Positions 10,076 through 23,156 of a DNA stretch of 35,117 nt are shown here, piece by piece. The stretch is taken from contig NC_057752.1 in the NCBI RefSeq assembly GCF_004010195.1, positions 15,972,990 through 16,008,106 of the forward strand, read 5' to 3'. The translations under genes were made by a program, and so were the position numbers. Position 1 is the stretch's first letter, and each line of letters begins with the position of its first letter. The stretch comes from Chiloscyllium plagiosum. Lineage: Eukaryota. The notes below the pieces were generated by a model. The model ran no database searches. It was given only the letters and a program-made list of their open reading frames with translations, and had not been told where the DNA came from.

Positions 10076-10471
10076 CTCAAGCCATGCTGAGTTGGTGATA
10101 AGTTTTCAAAAGTTCAGAAACTTGGTAAATAATAGAACAGGCTCAAGGGTTGTTTGTTTTACACCTGCTCCAGAATTTAAAATAGTTATTTAAACTTAGT
10201 TTCTTTATGCCGACACCGAGCAAGATTCCTGCCTCAACTTTGTCTCTGTTAGGAGCTGCTGAATGAGGATTTGTGGTTCCTTACCAGGGTTATACTGTTG
10301 TTTTTCACATTGAAATGAACTCCTTGAAGCTGATTGGGTGGAAAGTAGCATAGCCCAGTGAAAGCCAGTTGGCCAACTACTTGTAGAGAACTTGGCAAAT
10401 GGATGTGGGCGGAATTATTTCAACATTATTTCAAAATTGACTGGTGATTAATATTTCTGTCAATTCTGCAG

Positions 10472-10562
10472 AGGAAATAAGACATCAGATAACAATCCCA
10501 TCAGTTTTCATCGGGGTCCGTGCTTCCCAGCTCCTAAAGTCACTGTTCACTTATGACAAAGG
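10472..10562 (+). CDS. RNF167: RNF167-like coding exon 5 ((E)[29 protein letters not shown](G))
   Basis: ttctgcAG acceptor, GTAGGT donor, 91 nt phase 1-2; IPSVFIG motif. Confidence 0.95.
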
Positions 10563-11110
10563 GTAGGTGATATCTTGTGTTACATCATTGTCATTGTAAG
10601 TTTCTATGAAAATGTTGTATGTTATATTTTATGGCACGACTCAATCTTTCATGAGCTTCATTTGCTTTAGTGACAAAGTGTTATTCCCACTCAGTGACCG
10701 CCCCCCCCATCCTTCCTCTTTCACTCCCCTCATTCTCCTGAGTTACAACACACTGGATTTACAAGTCATTTGCTGTTGTGTGTGAGCTGTGCAGTGTGCT
10801 GAGAATCTGTAAAAACTCGTGTGTTTCATGTTGACCTTGAAGCTGATGACCTCACAATCACTGATAGCTCCTTTGGTATTATGAGGAAGTTGGGGCCTTG
10901 TTCCTGCCTCTGTCCTGGCTGTTAAAAGATGAACCTATTGGGCTGCAGTGTTTTTTCTTTCATGAGAAAACAGTTTTGTTGAAATGTGATGTTTGTTTGT
11001 ATATTAGTTTTGTTTGTTTCAATCATGATTGAAGTGTATTTCCCAGAATATCAGAACTGCCTGTATCATTCACCACTCCACACATTTCTCACTGTTCTGT
11101 CTATTCACAG

Positions 11111-11216
11111 TGCATATATTGTATTGATGCCAGACTTCAACTTCCCATTGGGATATTACCTCATTCCCTTCACTGGTGTGGTTGGAATTGTGATTGCCGT
11201 TATGATCACTGTCATG
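11111..11216 (+). CDS. RNF167: RNF167-like coding exon 6, transmembrane helix (AYIVLMPDFNFPLGYYLIPFTGVVGIVIAVMITVM)
   Basis: ctattcacAG acceptor, GTAAGT donor, 106 nt phase 2-0; FPLGYYLIPFTG is the RNF167-type motif (RNF13 has PLEYYLIPFL). Confidence 0.95.
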
Positions 11217-11375
11217 GTAAGTGCATGGTGCTGAACATATCAGTATGTAGTTTTTCTTAGCAGGATTCATTTCAATGAGGAGAAATGCAAGAGGATATTG
11301 AAATTCAGTTCTGAAACTGAGGTTGGTTCTATTTTAAATGATGCGTCACATGTTTGCCACTAATTGTTAGTCTCA

Positions 11376-11394
11376 CAGGCAGCAGGGGGTGCTG
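11376..11394 (+). promoter_or_regulatory. Candidate CTCF motif
   Basis: caggCAGCAGGGGGTGCTG versus consensus CCASYAGRKGGCRS. Confidence 0.35.
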
Positions 11395-12673
11395 GTGGCT
11401 AATGTGAGACATGGAAAATGTTGCCCTGCTCCAAGGGGAGGTGCTCCACTGAGCTTGGGGCTAAATCATGGAAAACGCAGAAAGAATTTTACCCTGTCGA
11501 GTATCGGGCTATACCTGTCCTTGGGAGGGTTTGTTGAGGGGTTGTTTATTCTTTTGTGTTGCATGATTCCGATTTCTACCACCTATTTCAATTTGTACCT
11601 AGACCTAATAGCTTCTCAGAGTAAACACTGTTTTGACTCTCTGTGCAGACTAAGCCCTATTCACTAGAAAGAAGAACCATGTCCATACCAATCTCAACTT
11701 GGGCGGGGCTAGGGTGGGTGATTATTTGATCCATCTCATGTCATTCCAACATTGAAAGAACATGGGGGAAATTAACTCCTTCCAAGGAATTCGTTTTGGT
11801 GCTGTTCAAATTAATTTTCACCATCTGAGCTCTGAGTTACCAATTGAGGTAATAGGGTGGGGGGTGTTGAGGTTCTAGATAATGCTGTGTGCTGTAGCCA
11901 TCCTCACCCAGCTAGGTGGCACGGTGACTGTCAGAGCGAATAGTATAAAATGAGGTCATGAGTTTAAAACCATATGCAGTGAGAATTTTCAGCCTTTGAT
12001 GCCTCATTCCTTATTCACCTATCAATGGAAATAAATTTTAATTAATTGCCCATTGTCCTATGCTTCGTTCACCACCTGAAGAGCCCGGAGAATTGCTCTG
12101 CTTGTTGCCTTCAAACTGTGGAACTTGTTTTGGTTGCAGGCATTGATCTGTGGGCTGCACATCTCAGGAGTGTAAAATTTCCACAAGCAGGGTTGCTGCC
12201 TGAGAATGCTCCCCATGTGTTTATTTTTCCTCTCTCTTCTTCTCTGAGAATTATCATTCTTCACCTTAATGCAGTTCAGTCCACACAATCTCCCCCTCCC
12301 ATACCACCCCCTTCATATCCCACCCTTTTCATGTGAGTGGCTGTAAACTGAACTTTTGAGTATGGCCAATGTAGATCTCAATGCGTCATTTGAATGCTCA
12401 TTTTCTAACAAAGTTTGCGAAGTTTGGATTAGGACCACAGACTTCAACTTTTTTTTTCCTTCCCCCCCCCCATGCTTAGCAACTGAGATTAGCTAAACTT
12501 GTGCACAGGAAAGAGAACCTGAGCTGAGTTTATGCTTCAAATATCTCTCAATCTTGGCGGTGTAGATTTGCTTGCTGCAGTTTATTCTAAATTGTATGTA
12601 AAAATGTTTTGTTTTATCATGTAATAACTAAATTGATCAGGTTTCCCTGAGGTGCTGCTGTAACATGTGCTTT

Positions 12674-13756
12674 TTAGAGTCATAGAGATGTACAGCATGG
12701 AAATTTGGGGCAGCACGGTGGCACAGTGGTTAGCACTGCTGCCTCACAGCACCAGAGACCCAGGTTCAGTTCTCGCCTCAGGCGACTGTCTGTGTGGAGT
12801 TTGCTCATTCTCCCCGTGTCTGCGCTGGTTTCCTCCCACAGCCCAAAAATGTGCAGGTTAGGTGAATTGGCCATGCTAAATTGCCCATAGTGTTAGGTGA
12901 AGGGGTAAATGTTGGGGAATGGGTCTGGGTGGATTGCGCTGGGTCGGTTTGGACTTGTTAGGCCGAAGGGCCTGTTTCCACACTGTAAGTAATCTAAATC
13001 TGAATAGACCCTTCGGTCCAACCCATCCATACCGACCAGATATCCCAACCCAATCTAGTCCCACTTGCCAGGACCCGGCCCATATCCCTCCAAACCCTCC
13101 TATTCATATACCCATCCAAATGCCTCTTAAATGTTGCAATTGTACCAGCCTCCACCACATCTTCTGGCAGCTCATTCTGTATACGTACCACCTTTTGCGT
13201 GAAAACGTTGCCCCTTAGGTCTCTTTTATACCTTTCCCCTCTCACCTTAAACTTATGCCCTCTAGTTCTGGACTCCCCGATCCCAGGGAAAAGACTTTGT
13301 CTATTTATCCTATCCATGCCCCTCATAATTTTGTAAACCTCTATAAGGTCACCCCTCAGCCTCCGACGCTCCAGGGAAAACAGCCCCAGCCTGTTCAGCC
13401 TCTCTCTATAGCTCAGATCCTCCAACCCTGGCAACGTCCTTGTAAATCTTTTCTGAACCCTTTCAAGTTTCACAACATCTTTCCGAGAGGAAGAAGACCA
13501 GAATTGCACGCAGTATTCCAGCAGTGGCCTAACCAATGTCCTGTACAGCTGCAACATGACCTCCCAACTCCTGTACTCAATACACTGACCAATAAAGGAA
13601 AGCATACCAAACGCCACCTTCACTATCCTATCTACCTGCGACTCCACTTTCAAGGAGCTATGAACCTGCACTCGAAGATCTTTTTTTTTCAGCAACACTC
13701 CCTTGGACCTTACCATTAAGTGTATAAGTCCTGCTAAGATTTGCTTTCCCAAAATG
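12674..13756 (-). mobile_element. CR1 LINE 3' part (RT C-terminus, ORF 12994-13752) with a SINE inserted in its 3'UTR
   Basis: LYRTLVRPLLEYCVQFWS...LERVQKRFTR...RRLRGDLIEVYKIMRG...TRGH; tail at 12674-12702. Confidence 0.92.
12706..13003 (+). mobile_element. HE1-type SINE nested in the CR1 3'UTR
   Basis: Splits host sequence gtacagcatggaaa|tagacccttcggtcc. Confidence 0.9.
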
Positions 13757-15239
13757 CACAGTAGGATGTCTCAGAGAGGGTGCAGAATGTTCTCACGGGG
13801 GAGAGGGGTCAGCAGGAAACAGGTGTTTCTTGCATGTTAAGCCTTTGTGAATTTGCTGTCTTGATGACATCATCAGAAATCACAGCATTGTCAATTACAA
13901 TTGGATTTTGCTAGATTGTGAGGAAAACAATTGCCATCACCGCTCCTTCAACCTTCCACACTCTCTGAATGGTCAGATTGCTTGTGCAGCATCAATATCG
14001 ACTGAGCTTCCAGTGAAATATTTGGAATACCAAAAACATTGCCTGAAACAAACTTCATTCCATAGACACTGACTCCATCCCTCTCTCTGAAAACTGTCCA
14101 AGGTGCACCAGATGCTTCATGTCTTTTGGTACTATTTGGGATGAATTTCCAATCACTTATCAGTAACATCCATAAATGGAGGGATATGGACTAAGGGCAG
14201 GCAGAAGGGATTACTTTAATTCGGTATCATCTTTGGCACAATATTGTGGGCCCCTGTTCCTGTGCTGTACTGTTCTATGTTCTATCTAAGATCGCTTCTT
14301 TCCATCTTGATAACATCATTTGTACCTTCCCCACTTCAGTTTGAAACTTCATCCCACGCCTTTGTGACCTCTAACCTGAATATTCTAGTGCAGCTGACTA
14401 TGACCTTTGTGCAGAAGAAAGCTGTTCAATAAGTGTATTTAAAAGCGATTCAAATTGGACATTACCAGAAATACAGTGAAAAATCATATTTCTCAGAGCA
14501 GTTTACACCCTTGGTATCTCAATGCAAATATGAATTTGGAATGTGAACTAAATTTAACAAAGTTGTGTATGCTGATACAACCTAAGGAATTATCTATTAA
14601 CAGTTCCCAGTACATTCTAGCAGAAAGACCAAAGACATGTAACTTTTCCACATTGCAAATTTGCAATGACTGTCCCAGGCTTCCGTATGCCCATTACCCA
14701 GGACCTTGGAAATGTGTCAGTCCACCATGTTCAGTTGCAGACATCTCTCCATATTGGAAAACCAATATGTTTCAGGCAAATCAAAGAGCATCTTTCACAG
14801 TGTTGTATGTAATGTAGATCTGGCCCATTCCCTGAGTCTGGGCTGCAGCAGTCATCTGAACTATCTTCCATTTTATCTAGTGGTCAAAGATAGACATAGG
14901 GACACTTGATAAAGTTTTCTGGAAAGAAAGGGGAAAAATGCATCTTTATCCTGATGGCCACCTTCATGTGCGCCTGCACCAAGCTACGCATAGACCATCG
15001 GTACACAAACCTAAGTGGAACTACATGCTGAGGTTCTACTTATTCCCAAGGATGGATCTGGCCCAATTGCTACAGAACATTGAAAGTGTTGGGCCCATAA
15101 CATACTATCTGTCCCTCGTGGAAAAGTTTGTTGAGAAAATCACCTTTGACTACAAGTCTGTCAGGCAGTGATCAGCATGTAACATCCTCTAGGTTCATTG
15201 GGGAAAGGAGAAGCTTGGTCCTGTTTTGGTGGTTCCTTG

Positions 15240-15640
15240 AGCAGACTGTCAAACCCATTTGACAGAAAGGTCTGGCACTGAGGCATTCTAACAAGCTCTG
15301 AGATATAGCTTTAGCTAGCGGTAAGAGGGATGCTCCCCATCAGAATGTTGTTGCTCGGCAAGGGACTTTCTACTACTGTATTCTCCCTCAAAGCAGCTGC
15401 GGTGGACAAGAGAACGTTGCACAAGTCCTTTTTAAATGTGCCTTTCCAAAGAAGGTCTGGAGAGAGCTGGGCCAGATTGGAGAGAGATGCAATGATTTTT
15501 GTTGAGATTCATCCCAAGCTGCTGCATGATGTAGGATCCGTGGTGTATGAACTACTACTTGGGAAGTACCCGAGACAAACATCGGCTGCGTGAGGAGGCT
15601 GTGATCTTTGCTGTAATTTCCATAAACATGTGGTTATACA
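15240..15640 (+). mobile_element. Highly degenerate Tx1/L1-like ORF2 C-terminal zinc-knuckle remnant
   Basis: Frameshifted reading resembling DIA.LAVRG.LP.R...CGGQENVAQVLLKCAFPKKVWREL. Confidence 0.45.
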
Positions 15641-15877
15641 AAGCTCTTTTATCCGTCCCCAACTTGCACCAAATCCCTTTCATCTATTACCCAATTATTT
15701 TCAAATTCCCCCATAACCTTACCGCTCCTTATTTCTGTTAGCTCTTTGAATCCTACAAACTTATGAGGTATCTACATTACTCTGTTTCTGGTCTCCTAAT
15801 CACTTCACTATTGGTTGCCTTTCATTCAGTTTCCTGGGCCCAAAGCTCTGACATTCCTCTAACACTCCATCCTGAAT

Positions 15878-16211
15878 CTGGGGAAGTAATGGCCTACTGG
15901 TATTAATGCTCAACTATTAATCCAGTGACCCAAGTAACGTTGTGAGAATCCAGGTTCAAATCCCACTGTGACAGACTGCAGAATTTGAATTCAGTACAAA
16001 TCTGGAATGAATTTAATGATGACCAGTTGTTGTAAAAACCCAGTTGGTTCACTAATCTGGGAGGGAAATCTGCCATCTTTACCTGATCTGGCCTACTCAT
16101 GACTCCAAATCTGCAGCAATGTAGTTGATTCTTAACTGTTCTCTGGGTAATTAATGATGGGCAATAGATGTTGACCAGCCAGCAATGCCCACATCCCAAG
16201 AAAGAATAAAA
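15878..16211 (+). mobile_element. Second tRNA-derived SINE family
   Basis: tggcctactggta A-box-like and ggttcaaatccc B box; second copy at 20866; tail shared with the LINE at 1934. Confidence 0.75.
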
Positions 16212-16535
16212 GGAAACTCCCTTTCCTCCTTTAAGACTCTGCTTTAAACTTCCTTCCCTTAGCTTTGGTCACCTTCAACATTTTTCCTTTTTTAGTTTGA
16301 TTTCCAACTTTGCTGATTCATGCTTCTATGATCACAACTTAGAACTAAACAAAAAGTGAGGTAAATTTGTAAAGGTGACTAGGTGAGATCCCCTTGTCTC
16401 ATTTGTTTGTTGTAGGGACAAGTGTCTCAAGCTGTGAAAGAAAGATTTGGTCTTGTGCCAGAGTTTAACAGCATCAGATGATGAAATCCTACTTCACCTT
16501 TGACCTGAGGTCTCACTTTATTTTGTGTGTTATAG

Positions 16536-16629
16536 ATAGTGAGATGTGTGCAGTATCGGCGCAGAATCCAGACAAGCCGACTGTCAAAAGAGCAGCTGAA
16601 GAAAATTCCAGTCCATAAATTCAACAAAG
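16536..16629 (+). CDS. RNF167: RNF167-like coding exon 7, cytosolic juxtamembrane (IVRCVQYRRRIQTSRLSKEQLKKIPVHKFNK(G)), immediately before the RING-H2 domain
   Basis: gtgttatAG acceptor, GTAGGG donor, 94 nt phase 0-1; RL.KEQLK.IP.H motif. Confidence 0.93.
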
Positions 16630-16801
16630 GTAGGGGCACTGCGACTATTACACCTGACCCATATTCTGTGAGAATAGAAAGGTTTGCATTGGCATTTGGA
16701 GGTCACATCTTTGAAAATTGGCAAAAAGCACTGAGCTAGAATCAAGTTTAAAAACCTGATTAGTGAGAAGTCAGTTTAGTGGCTAGTGTTGTGTGACTGC
16801 A

Positions 16802-16820
16802 TGCCCACCAGGGGGTGCTT
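16802..16820 (+). promoter_or_regulatory. Candidate CTCF motif
   Basis: TGCCCACCAGGGGGTGCTT versus consensus TGGCCACCAGGGGGCGCTA. Confidence 0.5.
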
Positions 16821-16868
16821 TGACACTGCCTCTTGCCTGTGTGAACCAGATCCATGTCTCATGGCTAC

Positions 16869-16989
16869 AAATCACAAACACCAGGTTATAGCCCAACAGG
16901 TTTAATTGGAAGCACTAGCTTTTGGAGCGCTGCTCCTTCATCAGGTTTGTAACTTTGTACACCCCAGTCCAACACTGGCATCTCCAAAT
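16869..16989 (-). mobile_element. 121-bp PLE-derived mini-element (family C) with hammerhead motif, flanked by TSD
   Basis: TSD catgtctcatgg(c/a)tac at 16853-16868 and 16990-17005; minus strand reads CTGATGA-A-GGAGC-AGC-GCTCC-AAAA-GCTA. Confidence 0.75.
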
Positions 16990-19900
16990 CATGTCTCATG
17001 GATACTTAATCAACAACATATCCCATACCCCAGTGTGATCTCACCCAGTTGCCTGCACAAAATTTACCCCACTTTCAGTTAGTGATTATGATTATGTGCA
17101 TTTCCAAAGATAATTTCTTTCTTTTGTTCAAGGAGCCTGTTCAATTGGAGAGACAATGCTATATTTGATGCAACAGTATCAAAAGCTGCAGAAATCCACT
17201 TTCCAGCATGTGTCACCACACTCTTACATTGATAATTTTCAAGCTGCCTGATCTGTGAGGCTCTTTGCACCCCAAAATATATACTTAATAAAAGTTATTA
17301 GCATAGGTTCGATAATTTTTCAATGTTGATATTACATAAAGTGGAAAGCAAGACAGTTTCTTTCAGTACACTACGTGGCATTCTGAGATACCTTTTTATG
17401 CTTACTATTAAAATTTCTATTTACAGCATATGCAGTTAAAGGGATTTTATATGATTACAAACCCCTCAATGCACTATGGTCTTACACAATGGGTTCTGCC
17501 CCAGCAAACGTTTGCACTCGGTGCATCAAGCTTTAGTGCATATCCCAGCACATCATACTGCACCTTGGTGTATACCAGTCTTCAGTACTTGGTTGTGGTC
17601 AATCCTTTGCATCAGAATACCCCTAAGTTTCAGGCAGACAAAGAGCATCTTCTATCAAGTTGATGGTTTTAATAGATATGTTCTCTGCAACTGAGCATGA
17701 TTTGGATATCTACTGTGTACTCAAGAAGAACTTGAGATGGGAGGGGGAAGAGCCAGTGGTCACGGACCACATTGAAACCAGCAACATAGAATTAGAGGGG
17801 AGGTTCTGTTGAAGGGATGCAAACAACTCAGGGCAAAATTACAAAGCAAACCCGAGTAAGTAATATTACTTGAGTAGGTAAATTGAATAGGGTAAATAAG
17901 GTTTGTGATGTGAATGTATAACAGAATGAATCTTTCCACTTAGCTGGAATTGTCCTCTGGAAATATTTCCATGTGTCCTTGGGTAATCATCCTATGCAAT
18001 CTACTTATACTGAACTGATTCTTCAGACATTGATAAGAGTATTGAAAGCATTGATTTGATTACATGTTGTGGTTTCCTACTACCTGACATTCATGACATG
18101 TTGTACAGTACTGTTACAAAGTCTTGACCAGGTAAAATGTCTGCTTATTGGTGCTTGAGTTTTCAGAATTCCTACATGCTATAGAGTTTTCATATGTTAC
18201 AGTGTCTCCTTACGATATTTTGATTAGTACAACTCTGCATCCATTCTTTATCCACAAGTCTGTCAGAGCGTCTCCATTTCCAACTGTTTTTTTAATGGGG
18301 TAACACTCTGGAATTCATTCAGCCTCTGCCTCACTGTGAGCTGCCTGTACTAACTAACTTAACTCCAGATCTGCTTTCTGAACATCAAGTAACAAAGACT
18401 TTCCAAATACTACTTCTGAACTACCTTCATTCTTAAGGAAAGTTTTATCTGCTCTTATGTCTGATTCTGGAGTTACTTTGGATTCTGGTGATGGACTTTG
18501 TGAGCCATTGCATTGGCCACTGCACATGATGGAAAATGATTAAAACTTGTTCTTGTAACTGTTTCATGTTTTTTTTAAATCTCATTTAGCCTTCCCATGT
18601 TTATGGGTTAAGCTATAACCTTTACTCTTGCCAAATCATTACCTTGGAGTAAGTCAGCTATATCCAAGGTAATTTCTTAACCACTTCTACTACAACTGCC
18701 TCAGACAGCAGGTTATATTCCAATTTCATTTTGTACAATGGAATGGGATTATATGCTCCAATTATCCTGTTTGTTAACACTTTGTTTTTTTTTTAACTCT
18801 CTAGAGGGAAAGGTAGATGCTTCTCCAGCAAGAGTTATTAAAGAGGATCCATTTATCCTGACATCTTGTTCAAACTTGTGTTTTGCAGGATTTAAATTAA
18901 ACCAATTGTTGAAATTCCGGTTTGGGGAGAGCAATGTTTGAAAGCTGACTGCAGGTGGAGCTCATGCATTTCACAGCATGGCTTCCAAAACTAACTTGAT
19001 CCTGTGACGCTGTCTGTGCTGCTCCCACACCAATTGCTTTTCATTACTAGGAATTTTTTAAGCTTTTGTTTTGTCCTACAAGAATTCCCCATTATAAAAA
19101 TATGTTTACATAGGATTAGTGAGTGAGTGATCAGCTATGACTGAGTCAAGGAGACTGACCTCTCTTTTTCTTGTTACTTCCTCTTAATTCAGAATGTGCT
19201 GACTCTTGCCAGATTTGGCTCAATGAGTGATGGCAATTCTAATACTTGCGTAAATTGGGCTATGAGCATGGACAGGGAGTGTCTGTCAGTATGCTATTCA
19301 TGTTGGTGGAATATGATCATCTGTGATGCCAGTGCAACCTAGGCAAAAGCTATAGTTCACTGTAGTTGAACCTAAGCCCAAACCTGAGGTGACTCCTCCT
19401 CCTCAGGGCACAGGCCCGGAAGCCAGATTCAAGGCCTGCTAAAAATCTGTTAACACAGCATTGATTAAGGATAGAGACACCCACTCTGCAAATATGCTAA
19501 GAAGGTGTGGTGGAAGCATTTTAATTATTAAATTGTTCACTTTTTTCAAAGCTGCCCTGTAGAGTTAAATAGTTTTGAAGATTGTTGGTTTGCTAAAAAT
19601 CATTAAGGCTGTTGGTCATTTCTTCTTAGAGCCTGAAGTTGTTGCAGCACACACTTGGAAATGCACTCACCATTCAATTACGTACTAGAGAACTTTTGAA
19701 AACTGTGTATGTTATAAAACTTCATTATTGATTAACCAGTCTTTTCTGCTCTGATTATGTGACTCTCCTCCCACAGAAGCCAGGTTGAAATGTCAGTCTC
19801 AAGCAATTGTCACATTTTATTATTGTTTATAGCCAGTGAAAGGGAAGGACTGTAATTATAGCTAGGAAAAAAAACATGACACATAACACTTCAATAGCAT

Positions 19901-20865
19901 TGCTGAGCTGTAGTAGTTTATAGTGCTCTACCTATCCATAACTAAAAGAGGAAATGTGATGGAAAAGGGATTTCCAGAAGAGGTAATTCATATTTCAAGT
20001 CTGAACTTTCACCTATGTTGGAATCACAGAATTGTTATGGTCTAGAAAGAGGCTATCCTGTCATGTCTACACCTTCGGTCCAAACGAGCATTGTGACTTG
20101 GAACCATTCTCCTGTCCTTTTGTTGTGGGCTTATATATTATTGCTATAAAATCATTTAATGTCCTCTTCATTGCTTTGATTGAACCTGTCTCCTCCACAC
20201 TTCCAGGTGCTGTGGTCAGAAGTTTAGTTTTTCACACTTCACAGTCACTCCTTTTGCAAATTATTTAAAGTCTGTGCTTTCTGTTTTACAAATGGAAACC
20301 ATTTCTCTCTGTTATCACAAACTTCTTCTTATTAAAAATTTATCAAGTTCCCTTTTAAACTTCTCCAAGGAAAGAAGTTTCAACTTATGCAATATATTTT
20401 CATAACTGAAGTTTCTCATCCCTGGAACTTTTCTTATAAACCTCTTCTGCATAATCTCCAGTGCATTCACACTTCTCAGAAAGTATGTATGCAGCTCGAT
20501 GGGCAGAATGGCCTACTCTTCCTCCTATGTTACATTCCAGTAGCTGCCTTGTGTGCTTTATCTACACATGCATTTGTGCTGTATCATTGCTGACCTGACC
20601 TGTCAAGCTTCAGAATATCCCTACATGAAAAACAGACAGTGGAGTTCTTCAGATCCTACATTTGTAACCTGGTCTGTTCCTTGTTAACTGATCTGTGCTA
20701 AAATTGCAGTTGGTGCAAATATCATTGGCTTTGTGACCTGACTTAAAAACTTTCTCCTATCCTGAAAAAGACGCGTGTATTATAATGAAAGACAATAAAG
20801 TGAGATTCAGCTGTTGGATTAGCCTGACGATACTTGTTAATTATCAAGGTTTACACCAGCAGAAT

Positions 20866-21223
20866 TAGGGGAGGAGATGGCCTCATGATATTATCATTGG
20901 ACTGTTAATCCAGTGACCCAGGTAACATTCTGGAAATCTGGGTTTGGATCCTGCCTCAGCAGGTAGTGGAATTCAATAAATATCTGGAAATAAAAATCTG
21001 ATGATGACCATGAATCCATTGCTGATGGTTAGAAAAACCCATCTGGGTCATTAATGTCCTTCCTTCAGGGAAGGAAACTGTCATCCTTACCTGGTCTAGC
21101 CTGCACGTGACTCCAGATCCACAGCAATGTGGTTGACTCTTAACTGTCCTATGGACAACAAGGGCTGGGCAATAAATGCTACATAGCCAGCAGTGCCCTC
21201 ATCCCAGGAATGAATTTTGAAAA
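20866..21223 (+). mobile_element. Second tRNA-derived SINE family, copy 2
   Basis: Colinear with 15878-16211. Confidence 0.75.
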
Positions 21224-22855
21224 AAGACAACTGAGGGAAAGGACAAGTGAGCAGCACTGTCAATAGAACCAATATCGTGAAACCTTCAGGAGAAAATGCC
21301 AAGATAACTAAAAATAAAGATAAGTTTTAACAATAAGCTTTGGTCAGAATGTAAAGCATAGAGTTTAAAAATATTGCTGAAGAAACGTTCATTGTGGTGG
21401 AAGGATCTCTAGACTGTCATTCAAAATGAGAAGAAAAGGTGCTGAATTGGTACTGAATGGAAACTTTTTTTAGCATGGAAACTTTACAGCTATTTGACTC
21501 ACTAGCAGACTCAGCTACTGATGTGCAAAGTTTACTTTCAAAACCTGAGTATCAGTATGTCAGGCGAGTGGTTGTGGTGAAGGTAGTTATCAGTACAGGC
21601 GCTTCCTGTTTGCATCAGCGTGCTCACTTCCCACTAATTACATTCTGCAAAGTGAGGTTAAAGTCGAGTTTGAGAGCGGGAAATTGAGCTCAAGTATAAA
21701 ATTAGGTGGTAGATAACTGATTTGGTTTAATAGATGAAAGTCCCTATTGTAGTGTTGATCCATTAGTAAGGCTTAGTTGTGCAAATGTTTTCAATTTTTC
21801 ATATTAAAACCATATCAGCAGTGGCACAGTGGGTAGCATTCATGCTAATGTGTCAAATGGATTCAAGTCCTACTCCAAAGTAGGATTGTCAAGCATTGTT
21901 GGACCATCAAGGGTATGAAACATTAAATTGGTAGATTGATAGAAGTGCAGAAAAGGCCCATCGGCCCTTTGGGTCTGCTACAACATATCTACCACTAAAA
22001 GTGCTCTAATCCCAACTTTCTACTCCTATTGATTTTCCTTGATTGTTATGGTATTTGAGATACTTACAAAGGTTGTAAGATTTCTGTCCTCCACTACATT
22101 CCCAGGCAGTGCATTTCAGATTCTCACCATTTCAGATTTTCCCCAATCCTCTCTGAATCTCCTGCCCCTCACCCTAAATTATGCCCTCTCATGATTGACC
22201 TCTCCAACAAGGAGACCAGCTGCTCCCTCTCACTTTATTCATATATCTTATAATCTTATACACCTCAATCATGTTCCGCTTTGTCTTCCCTTCTCTAAAG
22301 GAAACAATCCAAGCTTATCTTGTCTCCCTTTATAGCTCAATTTCTCCATCCCAGGCAACATCCTGGTAAACCTCCTCTGTATTCCCACCAGTGCTATTGC
22401 ATTCTGTAGTGAGGTGATCAGAACTGTAAACAGTTGTGGCCTCAACAGCACTCTGTACACCTCCAACATTACCTCCCTGCTCTTATACTCCACAGTACAA
22501 CTGATGAAAATAAGTGTCCCATATGCCCTCTTAACTATCCTAGTCCTCTGCTCTGCTGACTTCAAGGATCAGTGAATAATTAATTACCCCAAGGTTCCTC
22601 TGTTTCTTTAAGCTGCCCAGTGCCCTGCCATTTATTAAATACTCCCTCATTTTGTTTCTTCTTCCAAAGTGCATCACATCACACTCTGTAAATAACCCTC
22701 TGCCACTGGTCTGGCTATCTGACCAACCCATCAATATCTTCCTGTAACTTGTAATTGTCTTCACTATTAATCACTCTGCCAATCTTGGTGTCGTCTGCAA
22801 ATTTGCTTAACATATTCCCCACATTTTTATTTATATCATTTAACTACATAACAAA

Positions 22856-23156
22856 TGGGCGGCACCGTGGCACAGTGGTTAGCACTGCTGCCTCACAGCG
22901 CCAGAGACCCGGGTTCAATTCCCACCTCAGGCGACTGACTGTGTGGAATTTGCACATTCCCGTGTCTGCGTGGGTTTCCTCTGGGTGCTCCGGTTTCCTC
23001 CCACAGTCCAAAAATGTGCAAGTTAGGTGAATTGACCATGCTAAATTGCCAGTAGTGCTAGATGCAGGGGTAAATGTAGGGGAATGGGTCTGGTTGGGTG
23101 TGCTTCTTGTTGGGCCAAAGGCCCTGTTTCCACACTGGAAGTAATCTAATCTAATC
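22856..23156 (+). mobile_element. HE1-type SINE
   Basis: Head and tail as above. Confidence 0.9.

Noticed and set aside
10986..11234. 82-aa two-TM small membrane protein
   Set aside because: Only 11111-11216 is the spliced RNF167 TM exon; the rest is T-rich intron
12994..13752. Functional reverse transcriptase gene
   Set aside because: 5'-truncated CR1 fragment lacking the catalytic core and endonuclease
817..16629. Assignment to RNF13
   Set aside because: FPLGYYLIPFTG, M-x-W and RC.Q motifs fit RNF167 better; a phylogeny would still be needed to confirm
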